Assembly: GCA_964188305.1 (NCBI GenBank)
Contig: OZ076885.1
DNA from: Podarcis bocagei
Lineage: Eukaryota
Length of the DNA: 64,000 bases
Reading direction: 5' to 3' (one strand)
The notes below the pieces were generated by a model. The model was given only the letters and a program-made list of their open reading frames with translations, searched no databases and was not told the DNA's origin. Position 1 is the stretch's first letter. The number at the start of each line of letters is the position of its first letter. Below are positions 34,301-47,262 of this stretch, one piece after another. The position numbers and the translations under genes are program-made.

Positions 34301-37300
34301 CACCCATCACCTATTATTCAGTATAGTTTCTAGTAATCAGATATTTGAGAACATAAAAGGAGTCTCATAACCAAACTACCAGAAAAGCCATGGATCATTC
34401 TACTATATTAGTTTGTCTCTGGGAGTGAGCAAAGAGCATATTAAGCACAATGTCTAACTGCCAGACTCACCAGTATACAATTATAAAAGAGCCCAATTCC
34501 CAATCCAGTTCCCATTTACTGCGCAGAACCTATATGTTGCCTATAATTTAAGAATTAAGCACTGTTCCAAAGAGACACCAACACTGTGGCAGTTATTTAA
34601 AAAAACCCTGTACAGATAGTCAAACTATTCTGGGGTGAATGTGGTCACCTGTACCATTCTGTTACAGATTTTTTTTTAAAAAAACCAATGATAAGTGGCA
34701 GATGTGTGGTGAAATATGAGGTAAAGTGGTACCCTATCATCCTTGGGGACAACTAAATGTGACATTAAAAGCACAGCTTGGCATAGCACATATAAAGAGT
34801 AGCCAATGTGGTGTCCTCCTGATGCTGTTGGACTATAGCTTCCATAATTCCTAATCACTGCCCATGCTGTCTAAGGCTGATGACAGTTGTGATCCAACAA
34901 CATCTGGAGGGCTTCAATTCAGCTACCTCTGGTGTATATCTTTTAACAACTGCAAATAACAGCTTCAGGGGGTGATTTTTTTATTGGGACTATGGTGTGG
35001 GGAAGAGAGTTCTGCAGTTGCGATTCTTATTCTGCCCCTTTTTGGTAGCTATGGTTTACAGTTGTTGCTGTTGGGTTTAAAAATAAATAAATACATACCC
35101 ACCAAATTAAGTGTTTTACATCACATATAATTTGGTCCTTCCGGGTCTCCCCAAAACGTCTCTCATGCAAGGGAGCTTGTTTGCACAAAAAGACCTTCTG
35201 ACAAGTTGGGTAATGGATTTGTTTAAATTGCAATGGGCGTATCGTAAAATAATCACAAAATTTGATTACCTCTATCAGCATGCTGCTGTTTAATTTAATG
35301 AAATGCAGAACTCACCAGCATTCTTGTATTTTTCTCCCTTAAGCAGTTTACCTGGGAGATGCGCCATAGATCGGTGCTCTTGGCAATAGGATCATTGATA
35401 CAATCCGAATTGCCCTACAAATTAAGTCTGCTTAAGCTCTCTGCATCTGTGACTCAAGAAAAGGCATATGAGGCATGGGCACATGAACACAGCCAGCTAA
35501 GTTTACACTCCCCCCCTCCCCCCGCAACCTTGGCAGAAAATCTGACAACCTTAATGCTATGACTGACCCCAGAGCAAGATCCCAGGTCTTCCTCTCAGTG
35601 CTTACCTAGGTGCTATCTAAAGACCCAGCTAGATTTTATGCACAGATGGGTGCATCTTTCTCTATCCACCTAACCCTTTTCCTAAAAAAATACCCAAAAG
35701 TGAGACTGAACGTTTTACTGGAATAAATTTTTCTTGGATTTTCCCAAACTAACCCCATCCACCCAACTGCTTTTGGTGGGAATAGATTTTGCTATTACTT
35801 CAAAGCTGCAAGCTCCAAAGTCTTCAGAAGGAAGGTTAAGTATCTAGGGATTTGGTTAACATCAAGAAACATAAACTTATATAAAAACAACTATGAAAAA
35901 ATCTGGCTTGATGATATATTTTTGTTAAAATTATTGTGTTGAAATATGTAATATTTTTTATTATTTTTTATTTTTAAATAAATTCTTCAGAAGGAGAAAA
36001 AAAATTAAAAATGGGAAAATATCTATTTTGGACATTATCTATGGGTAAAGTTGACCATAACAAAAAATGACAGAAATGCAAGCAAGTGCCAGTTTTTTGT
36101 AGAACTAAATTTGCTTTTATTGAAATGTTATTCTTTATTTATAATATGTTACCGTATATTTGATTTGATTATTGCAATCAAAATGCTGCTTTTTATTTGG
36201 TTAAGGATTGGTTACTGTTGCAAACTGCTTTAGGCTCAGCTTGGTTGTTAGAAAAAGCAGCACACAAATATTAAGGTAACACAAATCAAGAATTGTGCAA
36301 GCCCGTTCCCCTACTGATCTTCACTCCCAAAGTCTATTAAACACTGGTATGACAGTAAAGATAAGCTTTTAAGGGTTTTGCTGATGCATGAAATTAAAAA
36401 GAGTAAATTAGATGCTACTTTAACGGTATTATTAGAAACCATGTGTGGTTTTAAAAAAGAAAATGAATAGTAAAAGTTTGTGTATGAGTGAGTGAGCGTG
36501 CAAGCGCATTTTTATCAAGACTGCAGTGCTGGGAGGAGATTTTGCTCTTCCCAAGAACTCTCCTCCCTCCATACACACACCAGGCATGGGGAAAATCACA
36601 CACACCCTTCAGCTTACTACTTCTTACTCACTTCTTCTTTTGTGGGGAGAGAAGTGTGGTTGCCAGCATGGTGCAGTGGTTAGAGCGCTGGACTAGGAAC
36701 TGGTCGAAAAGGACCAAATCCCCATTTAGCTATGAAGCCCATTGGTTGATTTTGTGGGGCCAGAGCTGTGAAATGCACAAGGGGCACAATTCCTAGAACA
36801 CTGCGTTGCTAGCTAGCTAGTCACTGCCTCTTGACAATGCGTATTTCCCCATCCACGTGTCTGCTGTACAGATGGCAGGAGAAACCTATTGTTGAAAAAG
36901 GAGAGTTGCAATTGGTTCATTTAAATCTATATGTCACTGGTGTGGCCTGATAAGATTGGTCTAGAAAGGGGAGGGAAGAGGAGAGAGAGAGAGGAGGAAG
37001 AGTACTTCCCCCCTGTTTCCTCTTTTGCCATTTTTACCATAATAAGGAAAGGAAGCTGCTAGCAGGATGCCCCACAGCAACCACCATGCAGTCTTGACAC
37101 TCACTGTGAAATCTGCCTCCTGTCCTGGTGGCTGAGGATGATGCAGGAAGGAAAAAAGCCACGTGCCCTTTGCCTGATCTGGGGTTCCTGGCAGGAGGGC
37201 ATGCCAGCTGGCAGCCTCCTATGCCAGATCCTAGGAATCACCCCCAGTAACGTGGCTGGTGAAAACAGCCTTCCCTAATTAAGATCAGGAGCAAGAAGTT

Positions 37301-37800
37301 AAATGGAGCAGCAAGACATGCATTGTAATTTTATTCTGCCATCCTGCCTAACCTTTACAAGTGTTCTGCCTCCTAATTAGAACATAATTTTACTTTTAAA
37401 CATGAAAACATTTTGAATGAAATTATTCTGGAGGAACCATATTTTGTGGCACATTGCCCAGCTCTGCACTGTTCCGAAAAACTTACAGCTTTTTATCTGC
37501 TTTGGCAAGCATTACGTGTAACGGTGGCTGTGCCTGTTTTGGGAACTGAGCACCCTAAACCTGAGCCTGAACTGAGGAGAGAGAAAGGGGAAAAACAACC
37601 CTCAGTTAAGCAGCATGGCTCTGTGAAATGGCTGCACGGTTACTTTATGGCAGCTGATGGACTTTAGGATCTTTTGCTAACTGGGAAGATCACGGAGCAG
37701 AAGAGCTCAGGATTTCTGAAACAGGAGCCCAAGACTTGGCAGAATTGGGTTTCCCCATAGGCAGTGTCCCACTTAATGACTTCTTGTTGCTATGACATTA

Positions 37801-38060
37801 CAGTCATACTTCGGGATAATTATGCTTCAGGATAAGTATTTTCGTGTTGCGCTCCACAGTGACCCGGAAGTAACGGAGCGCATTACTTCCGGGTTTTGCC
37901 ACTCGGGCATGCGCAGAAGGTCAAAATGACATCACGCGCATTGGCAGAAGTGGCGAAATGCGACCAGCGCACGCGCAGACGTGCTGTCGCGTCTTACGTT
38001 CTGTTTGGGATGTGAATGGGGCTCCAGAACAGATCCCGTTCGCATCCCGAGGTACCACTG
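37801..38060. mobile_element. Tc1/mariner MITE (subfamily A)
   Basis: TA|CAGTCATACTTCGGGAT...ATCCCGAGGTACCACTG|TA. Confidence 0.75.
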
Positions 38061-38062
38061 TA

Positions 38063-38288
38063 TAGTGGTACCTCGGGTTACAGATGCTTCAGGTTACAGG
38101 CTCCGCTAACCCAGAAATAGTACCTCAGGTTAAGAACTTCGCTTCAGGATGAGAACAGAAATCGTGCTCCGGTGGTGCGGCAGCAGCGGGAGGCCCCATT
38201 AGCTAAAGTGGTACCTCAGGTTAAGAACAGTTTCAGGTTAAGAACAGACCTCCAGAATGAATTAAGTTCTTAACCCAAGGTACCACTG
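38063..38288. mobile_element. Tc1/mariner MITE (subfamily B)
   Basis: TA|TAGTGGTACCTCGGGTTA...TAACCCAAGGTACCACTG|TA; homologous to 44462-44696, 59972-60213 and 61337-61562. Confidence 0.88.
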
Positions 38289-38570
38289 TATTGACCCATA
38301 GACTTTAGATAGAGGTAAGTTCCAGGGAAGCCATCATAAAAGCCAGGGACCCTTTGAGAAAGGCCAGTATTTGCACACAGATGGATTGAAAGGACTAACT
38401 AAACTCCTTTGATGATACTCTCTGCCTTTTAGCTTACTTTTGTCATTTTTTAAAAAAGGGTATCACTCAGCAAATGTCCAAACCTGTAGGTATAGAAAAG
38501 GGATTGTGACGGGGGCATGAGAAACAGTCAGGTAGGCACATGGGGTGTGTGCATGCGCATACTAGTAAAA

Positions 38571-38707
38571 CAGGTGTGAGGCAATCTATGGCCTTCCAAA
38601 TATTGCTGAACTACAACTCCCATCACAGCTGGCTATCAGCCATGCCTGCAGGGGCTGATGGGAATTGTCATTCAGTAACATCTGGAGGGCCAAAGGTTCC
38701 CCCACAG
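38571..38707. mobile_element. Palindromic hAT-derived MITE
   Basis: gaactacaactcccatc...gatgggaattgtcattc inverted arms. Confidence 0.65.
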
Positions 38708-39280
38708 TAGCTATTTACTTATTTTATTCGTTTATTTAATCCACTCTTCTCTAATGCTCTTGCAGTTTATCACTTATGATGGACAACCGGCGTAAGTTCC
38801 ACTGGCTGAGCCCAAGATCTGCCAAATTCAAACTCCCTCATCCCAGCAGATATTGGTTTTGGATTGAGCTCTAAGTCTTGAGGGATACTTAAAACACAAG
38901 TATCACACAACCTAAGAGCAGCCAAGTCCCAGGATGAGAGGTATCTGGTTGCCACTTCTGTAGCTGCAACTTTTTTCTTGTCACTTCCTATGCCATGAGG
39001 TCTATGGTGAGGATTAAAAGGCTTGCAAATTTCTGCTGTGCCTTTGCACACACTCATGAGCTGATCAGCAGTGCCTTCAAATTCTGCTTTTGACAGAGAG
39101 CCACATCTTTACCCGCCCACAGATGCAGTGTGGTGGGTATTGCTTGGGAAGTTGGACAAAATGGCCTGGTGAGCCAGAGATTCCCCATTGCTGCCCAACA
39201 GTAATGCTGAAAGAACCCAGCACTCAAACTGCCTGATTCAAAAAGAGGTGTGGAACCCAGCCTTAAGCAAACAGTGGATT

Positions 39281-39553
39281 CAGGGCCATCTTACCCATAG
39301 GCACTAGGGGTGCGGGGCACCCGGGCGCCGGGCTCTCAGGGGCACCAGGCCGAGAGTCCGTCGGTCGGAGAACTGTGGCAGGCTGTTCTGCTGCAGGTGG
39401 CTCTGTGCCGCGAGTTCGGGGGCAACCAAGCCAATGAGACGCTGAGGCAGCCAGCCGGCTCCGCCCTCCTGCACGTCTGGGACTGGGCAGCCGGGGGGGG
39501 GGCGCCGGGCAGATCTTTGCACCCCAGCACCGCATATGCATAAGACAGCCCTC
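39281..39553. mobile_element. Non-autonomous hAT (Tip100-like) element, GC-rich
   Basis: TIRs CAGGGCCATCTTA...TAAGACAGCCCTC; 8-bp TSD AGTGGATT on the left (39273-39280), right copy expanded into a microsatellite. Confidence 0.8.
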
Positions 39554-39603
39554 AGTGGAGTGGAGTGGAGTGGAGTGGAGTGGAGTGGAGTGGAGTGGAG
39601 TGG
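39554..39603. repeat. (AGTGG)10 pentanucleotide microsatellite
   Basis: Direct reading. Confidence 0.97.
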
Positions 39604-42600
39604 ATTGCATCACACATGCATGCACACATGCACGTGATTTCTCTACACTTGTTTACTGAATACGTACTAGTTAATAACTGACACCCGAATGTGTGGACCC
39701 ACTCTAACGTAAAACATTACACTGGATCCAGCGTTCTCACGAACAAGACTCCTCTGAGGACACACCTGCTGGAAGAAAGGCATTGGGTGATTTTTGCTGG
39801 TTCCTCCTTCCCATTGTACCTCTTGTATATTTGCTGTGGAGGGTTGAGGGTTGGAGGAGACCTGGTGCAATGGAAATCAATGAACACTCTGCCTTCTCCT
39901 CTCCTTCCTCCAGCAGGAGCCTCCACTGGACCTCAGTCCCAAGAGATTGATAGGAACCCTTCTGTTCACAGAAGAGTCACTCAGAAGCTAACACACTGCA
40001 TTTGTAAAAGTTCTGCTCACGGTATTCAACTTGTGATATGGCCCATGCATGCATGCATGCCCATCCCTTCATGCAGCAGTCACTGAGAGATAAATGTGCA
40101 TTGATGAATGCTTTAAAAGCTCGAGGGTGGGTTGGGTTCCTGCCAAAGGGGAGCACAAATATACTTGGGCCTGGCCAGGTCTCCTTCAGTACAACCCTTC
40201 CCCACGTTTTTGATGCAATTGCATCACATGCTGGCAGGCACAAAGCTAGTTCTGCAATATTCTTTTCCAATATATGGGGGTTGTTTTATTCCTGTGCTTT
40301 CAGCCATGGCAGCAGAATGCTAGAATGCTCCTTTAAAAGAAATCAGAAACAAGGTTCCATACTTAGAAATGTCCTTCGAGAAAAAGGAAATAAAAGGCTC
40401 AGAAAGCTATAAAATCAGCCAGCATGGAAATTAATAAAAAGAGCAGCAATAGAACGGGAAGCAATTTATATTGGACACATCTTCCATTTCGCTGTCGCCC
40501 TCGTAGCAGTGGCACTCTCTCTGAATGCAAAATCAGAAGCAGTCAGATCCAAGAGATGGAAAAACCCTGCATTTGAAGAGGACAGGGGAATCCGCTTCGC
40601 TTCTGCCAAATGCTAAGCCTATATTGCTTCCCATGCTCGTCCATCAGAGGGCAGTTATCGTAGCCTTCCAAAGACATGCCACAAAAGAAACTTTTTCAAA
40701 TTCACAGCACAGAGCCAGGTTATCTCTGAATTCAATGGCTAGGCCTACAGCAGGTAAAAGAGAATAGAGGCAAAAGCCTATTCTTTTCAGATCCAGCAAA
40801 AGAATGGAAAAGAATAGATTTTACACATTTATTGGCAGGGGATGGGAAAGGAAGTAAGGCCGGCTAGTGAGGATGGAAAGCTGCCTGACAATATCCCTTC
40901 ACTAGCAAAGCTGCTCATGTCCTACAAAATCAAAGGCTTTTCCTCAGAGGATATCATTTCCAAAATCTATGGATGCACTTTTATTGCTGGGATACATGGT
41001 GCAGTCGAGTTGTTTTAATATTCCTCCCCCCCCCCCAATTGTATGACACTCCAAAACCTCACCACCTGCAATTAACTAGTGGAGAAAACTTCATCAATCA
41101 CAAACAAAGCAAAGGTCCTTATTAAAGTGTTCCTCTGAGACAATGGGAAACAAATTTGTCCACTAGTATCTTCTTCTACGGCAGTCAAGGGCTGATGGGA
41201 GTCGTAGTCCAAAATTAATGGAGGGCGCCAGGTTGGCACAGGTTGCTGTACAATGAGCTGAAGTCTGAGGCACCTCAGAACCTTCTGTGAGATGTGAGGG
41301 TTCTGCAGCAGATATTCAAAAGTTCCTTAACATGCAGATTTATGTGCAAAGGATCTCCTGGATCAGGACCTATGAAAACATCTGCCTTATAAACGAGAGG
41401 CTGCATTGCAGTAACCACACCCACACTGCTTTGTGATGCCATTACATCACACAGCAAAGAGTCAAAAATTATTGGCAGCCATAGGATGGAGCAACAAATA
41501 TTTCGATCAATGGGGTGAGACTGATTCAGTGCAATCTCCAAGGAAAAAAAAACTCCTCAATAACGTACTGCTTTTTCAATTTCAACAGTCCTTTTCTGAC
41601 AGGAAAACCTGTGTGTTTGGGCTGTACCTCTTTAGACTGCTGGTAGAGCTCCCATGACAGAATGTTCCTCAGCACTGTCAATAAATAATAAATAAAACTC
41701 CTGCATGCTGAAAATTAGCCTGTCAGGGTAAAAGCCAGGCTAGACTCCTCCTCTCTAACATCTAGTTTTCTGTATGCAGGAAACACTTAGCACTCCTCCA
41801 GACTACCTGTCTATTGAGCGTTCATCCCAATTTGAAGCTTGCACAGCAGTTAGAATATGCTCTGTCTTCATTTGAGTGCTCAATTTGAGTGGGGAGATTA
41901 TGCAACAATGAGCATTCACCATCATTTTGATTTGTTGTGTGGTAGTTACACATCTTCCCATTAATCTTCATTCACCACACAGTTTTACTTTCCGAACTGC
42001 AAAAAGTCTTGTGTTGTTTTAAGATGGATTTGTTGCACCAGGACGACAGAGCACTTTAATTCCCATTAATTGCGCAAACCTATATTTCTAGCCTGTGTTT
42101 CAATCTCTCCTGCAAAATATAGTGACAGTCAGCTGGAGGCGATCTCAGTCATGGGAGCTCCTACCTACAGGGGTACAACCAAGAACTAAGCTTCCCTCTT
42201 GGCACTTGTGAGCACTTACAATAACATTTCTGAAGGATTATAACTCTGCACCTAGTTCATGTTGTACGAAAAGGTGGAAAACTAGTAGAAAAAATAGAAA
42301 GTAGACTTGCTCCTTTTTGCAGTGTCAGAAGCAGCTCTAAACACAGGATCCCTTTGCTCCAAAACAACAACTGCCTTCTGCTGCAATCAAACTGTAATTT
42401 TTGCCTGAATGGTGATGAATGGCATTGTTTGGAATGAGCAAAGGCAATGAACTAAACGAGTAATAGGAATTGCAAGAGTCCCTTTGCTCTGCGGCTCTCC
42501 TATTATTTTATTTAGCTTCATGATTTAATTAAAAACTCCATGACTCCACTGCTGGGTAAGGCGAGAATTGCTCATGTGAGCCAGAACTCAGGAGGCTTGT

Positions 42601-44461
42601 GATCTTTCTTACTTGGAAACTTAAGCATAATGAGCTACTTACTCATGTAGGGAACCTTACGATAGATGGCCTAAATCTGCTTTCAGAGATGACCACAAAG
42701 CTAATCAATGTTAAATTGCCCTTCAGTTTTCCAGAGATATCACTGTTTGCGGTTACATATTCAGACACCCTTTTAATTCAGCAATAAGATTGTGGGAGCT
42801 GGCTGCCGACGTTATCTACCATTGTATAGACTGTCTGGCTCCTAAAAAAAATCTCCCTGAACCATCAGAGCGAAAAGCTCAAAAATGTTTGGAAAGGTCT
42901 CCACTGCAGTTGTTGGTTTCAGTCCACAAACAGTATGTAATGCTACGTAATTTATGACTTTCCTACCCCCAGTTTACACTAGGTTTCTTCTGAATTGAAA
43001 TGAATGGTGAGGAATAGCATAATTAATTATGTAACATTTCACCATAATGGACAGCAAGATAAATAATGTAGTTTTTGTCAGAAGATGAACTGCAGTAGAA
43101 CAGAAACAATGCTGTGTGTTACGAGAATACAGGGTGGGATGGAATCTGATGCCCTCTTACATCACTGGTCAGGATTGGGTAATAGCTGCCAGATGGGCAA
43201 CCTGGACATACTTTTTACCTTTACCTGATACAATGGGAGATGCAGCTGGTGAGGTGAGGAGGGAGTAGTACTTGGCCACAGGGATTTAGGGAAGCAGCAT
43301 GTTCTTATAGGTGGGGGCTGAGACGTGGCAATAGCAACAGAGAGAGGCTGGCTCTGAGCTGAATAGGTGCCCACCCAGTAACAGCACAGCAAGATACAGA
43401 TGTCAGGTATAGGATGTTGCTGGTGCAGCACCTTCCACTTCTGATTGCAACTGACCAACCACTCCCTGAATCCACTGCCACTTATCAACATCTCCTACAA
43501 CCTTAATGTAGGAACCAATGTAGTTATTGGTGTGGTGGAACAGAGCTGCCCTTTCAACACCAGCATCACTAGAGTACACCTGGATCTTCTTCTTCTTTGG
43601 CGATCACTCGTAGCCGAGTAAGATTGTCTTCAATAAACACGGTTTTTACATCTGGATGGGACCAGAGTGGGCAACCCTGCCCAACCCCATTCCTGTCCAG
43701 ATACACCGTAGCGGTGCCTGTGTCGGGAAGGAGGCTCTGTCCCACCACACTGACTGCTACTGTGTGGGTCCCCCTCCTGCTTGGCCTCTGCTCAGTGGCT
43801 GTTGCAGAGTACCACTGTAGGAGATATAAAAGCAAACATCTCAGGATTGTGGTGTCCTTCATAGATCCTTGTTCCCCTCTACAGTTGGCAAACACAAAAT
43901 TGGCAAGTACCCTTATGAATATTAATTTGTGGCACAATTTGTCAGAGAATTCAGCATTCCCTAGTGCAAAATACTAGACTGTGGTTTTGTTTTAAAGCAC
44001 ATCTCTGTGCATAGATGCCACAGGCAAATAACTGAGCAGATGAACCCTGTGTATGAAGCAGCTCCTAACTTAACCTTTATACATCAGAGAGAGATTTTAC
44101 CTTGTTTGTAAATACCATCCGGCTGTCACCACTACGTGTAGTTACGATGTCTCAGAGAACTTAATGATCACTTAAGGAAGGCAAGGGGAAAATGAGTTGC
44201 ATGACCTTTGTCATCCCATATCCTGTAGGTCAGCATTATTTAAGGCAACTGGGACAACGAGGAACTGAACATTAGGCCTGCCAGATGAACAGATGGATGG
44301 ATGAAAGCCAGCGCAATCCATCTTCCAGCTTTCCCCTCCACAGAGCAGTGTGACATTCAAGCCCATCTATTTCCTCACATACGTGGGGAAAGCACGTGGA
44401 ATTTCACAGCAGCTCTTTGGCTGATGTGGAGGCTGACTACAATATGCTTTATGGCACAATA

Positions 44462-44696
44462 CAGTGGTACCTCTGGTTATGAACTTAATTCATTCCGAGG
44501 TCCATTCTTAACCTGAAACCGTTCTTAACCTGAGGTACCACTTTAGCTAATGGGGCCCCCCGCTGCCGCTGCCCCGCACTAATTCTGTTCTCATCCTTAG
44601 GTAAGCTTATTAATCAGAGGTACTACTTCCGGGTTAGTGGAGTCTGTAACCCGAAGTGTTTGTAACCCAAGGTGTTTGTAAACTGAGGTACCACTG
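44462..44696. mobile_element. Tc1/mariner MITE (subfamily B, inverted relative to the 38063 copy)
   Basis: TA|CAGTGGTACCTC...GAGGTACCACTG|TA. Confidence 0.88.
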
Positions 44697-46380
44697 TACA
44701 AGCAACTGTGCAAAATAGGAAGCACAATTTAAGGAGCAAGCAATATAATGACCACTAGGGCTTTTCTTGGCAAACAATATAAAAATTGGGCACAATCCAT
44801 TTGCTTTTATCTTGAAATATTTCAAATGAGTTGACCTTTAAAACATAATGTTGGGATCAAATGATGCATTATATGTATCTGTGTATCTTTTTCTTTCTGT
44901 TTTAACTGAAACAAGCCTCAAAAATTGTGTGTTTTAGGCAAGGGAACAAGACGTTTCTTAACTTTTTTGCTCTAGTTGTTTCTGGACTCAAAACTGACAG
45001 CAAGATTTCTTTTTCCTTTTTCTGTTTTATAGGGAAAACTATACAAGGCATATCTTTTCCTCCATGGGGTAAAAAGCAGCTGGGGAAAATTTGGAATAAA
45101 ACAGCCAGGACGGAAAGAGTTACAAAGTTACAAAGTCCTTCTGTTCCTGCCCCTAAACTCCTATTCTAAGATTTACTGGCATGAAGACTACATTCATTTT
45201 TTTAAAAAAAGAAAAACATAGTTAAATAATGGATACACATGGCCGCATGTAATACGTCATTTGGCCTTTAGAAGTTACTACCAAATAAGATGCCTAATTG
45301 CTTCTTGGCATCAAATATGTTTGGAACAAATATCTTGGAAGGCAAATATGTTCCAACTAGGGTTGCACAGGTCTAGGCAGGTTTCCATAGCTCTTGAGTT
45401 TGGATCAGGTATGTAGGAGGAGAGACTTGACTGACCCTAAGATGGTACAGCAAAAAGGGCAAAGATGGTATGACACCTGGTGAGATTAGACTGGCATAGG
45501 CTCATCTCACACATAACACAGGTACAGGCAGCCATCCCTAGCCACGCGTAAGCTGCTTATAAACTCACCACAGGACAATTAAAACCTTGCGGGGAGATGT
45601 CTGTGGCGTCCAGCCACGGAATAAAGTATGCTCTCTCACGAAAAGGATGCCCAACATCCTAAGCACAATGACATCATGAGGGTAGGTAAAAGTGGAAGCT
45701 GGGTTGGAGGGCATCACTCCCCCCCCCAGTCATGTTAATTTTATATATCACAGTTGTTGCTGGACTACAGGTCCCTCCAGGGATGTTGTCCCCACCCACT
45801 GGCTGAAGCTGATCTGAGCCCATCAGCATCTAGAGGGCTGCAAGTTGCCCATCCCTGTATTTTCTTAAAATCCCCATTTAATCTCCAAACCTCTTTCCTT
45901 TCAGCACAGTCCTTGTCATTTCAAATCTCTATGAAAGTCTATGATTTTTTTTAAAGAAAATGAGCCAGCTCTTACACATTCAGCTCTCACTCATACCTCC
46001 ATACAGATGACAAAGATCTAATAAAACAGGCAAGCCTTTTCTAATTAAAGGTTCAGCCATATGAGCCAGCATCTCCTTCCACCCAACCTCCTCCTCCTCC
46101 TGCATTTCCTTTATAAAGATCTACTGATATCACTGATTGCTGAAGACATGACTATATTTCACACTGCATGGTAGTCTTCTTCCATGGGCTGCTCCCAGAG
46201 GCCAGACTATAAAAACTCCCCTAATGGCAAAGCCCCTTCTGCAAGGTCTGTCTTTGAGAAATTCATCCAAAAAGATCCCCATTGTCAGGTCTGCAGGTGA
46301 GCTGCTCCACTTTGGCTCCCCTTGATGACATATTTCCATTGGAATGGAAGCCAGAGACACACCACTGGTAGGTTAAATAT

Positions 46381-46903
46381 TGTTGCACATCACCCCAATC
46401 TCTGAGTGGTGCAAGATCCCAAGGGTTCCAGGTTTGTGGAACAAACCCAGGGTTTGTGTTTCTTTTAAGAATAAGGCACAGAGGAGACTGTGGTGTCTTT
46501 AGGACATATGGTTTATTTACACATATAGGTAGTCTGAGCCTACGATGGAGGGATGCATACCCCCAAAGGGTCTTGTTTCTCCCATAGCCACAGCCTTGGA
46601 TTGAAAGAGAAATGAACCATTGCTGCCTCTCTTGCTTTCCAGCTTGCTGCTTTGCTTCTGGCCCATATCACTACAAACTCCTCTAAACGGAGGCTTTGTC
46701 CTTCCAACTATCTGTGAGTTAAGGGTGGGCCCCCACCCATTTGTCATCTCGCACAGAGCCCCCTTTCCTTTGTTCTCTTACTGGCCCATCACCCAGGCAA
46801 TCACCTCATCAGGAAGCTAGCCTGGCTTATATTTCAACACTTGCTGGGTCCAGGGTTAGAAGGGTCTCAACTTCCTAGCCCACCCCACCCCAAACTCCTA
46901 ACA
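46381..46903 (-). mobile_element. Probable solo LTR
   Basis: TGTTG...TAACA termini, about 520 bp; internal AATAAA on - strand near 46512; flanks ATAT/GTGT do not form a clean TSD. Confidence 0.5.
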
Positions 46904-47057
46904 GTGTTCAGGAGGAAATCACTGATTGGTACTGAAGACTCACACTCAATGTGGCTACTTATCTAAATGTTTTACGCCAAATACTTAAATTCTCTCAAGC
47001 CCACAACATTCCTCCTGCCTGCCAAGACTTAAGCACAAATTTCTGCACTTTCTCTTT

Positions 47058-47262
47058 CATTTTATTTATTTTATTTAACAAGATTTATATACTGCTTGAT
47101 TGTAAGAAAGCCTCTTAAGTGGTCTACAAGAAATATTATCAATAAAACAGTTAAAAACATTAAAAACAATTAAAATGATCAGCAAAAAAGAGTTAAAAAC
47201 ATCAACATATTAAATGTCTGGATAGCCTAAAAAAAATGCTTTTAAGTAGGCACCAAAAAGGG
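47058..47262 (-). mobile_element. L2-type LINE 3' end
   Basis: tttatttatt...atttatatactgcttgattgt...aagtggtctaca...tgcttttaagtaggcacc pattern. Confidence 0.5.

Noticed and set aside
37158-37257. Imperfect palindrome centred on TGCCAGCTGGCA as a pre-miRNA
   Set aside because: There is essentially no loop and the pairing is irregular; more likely a decayed MITE, and it matches no miRNA I know.
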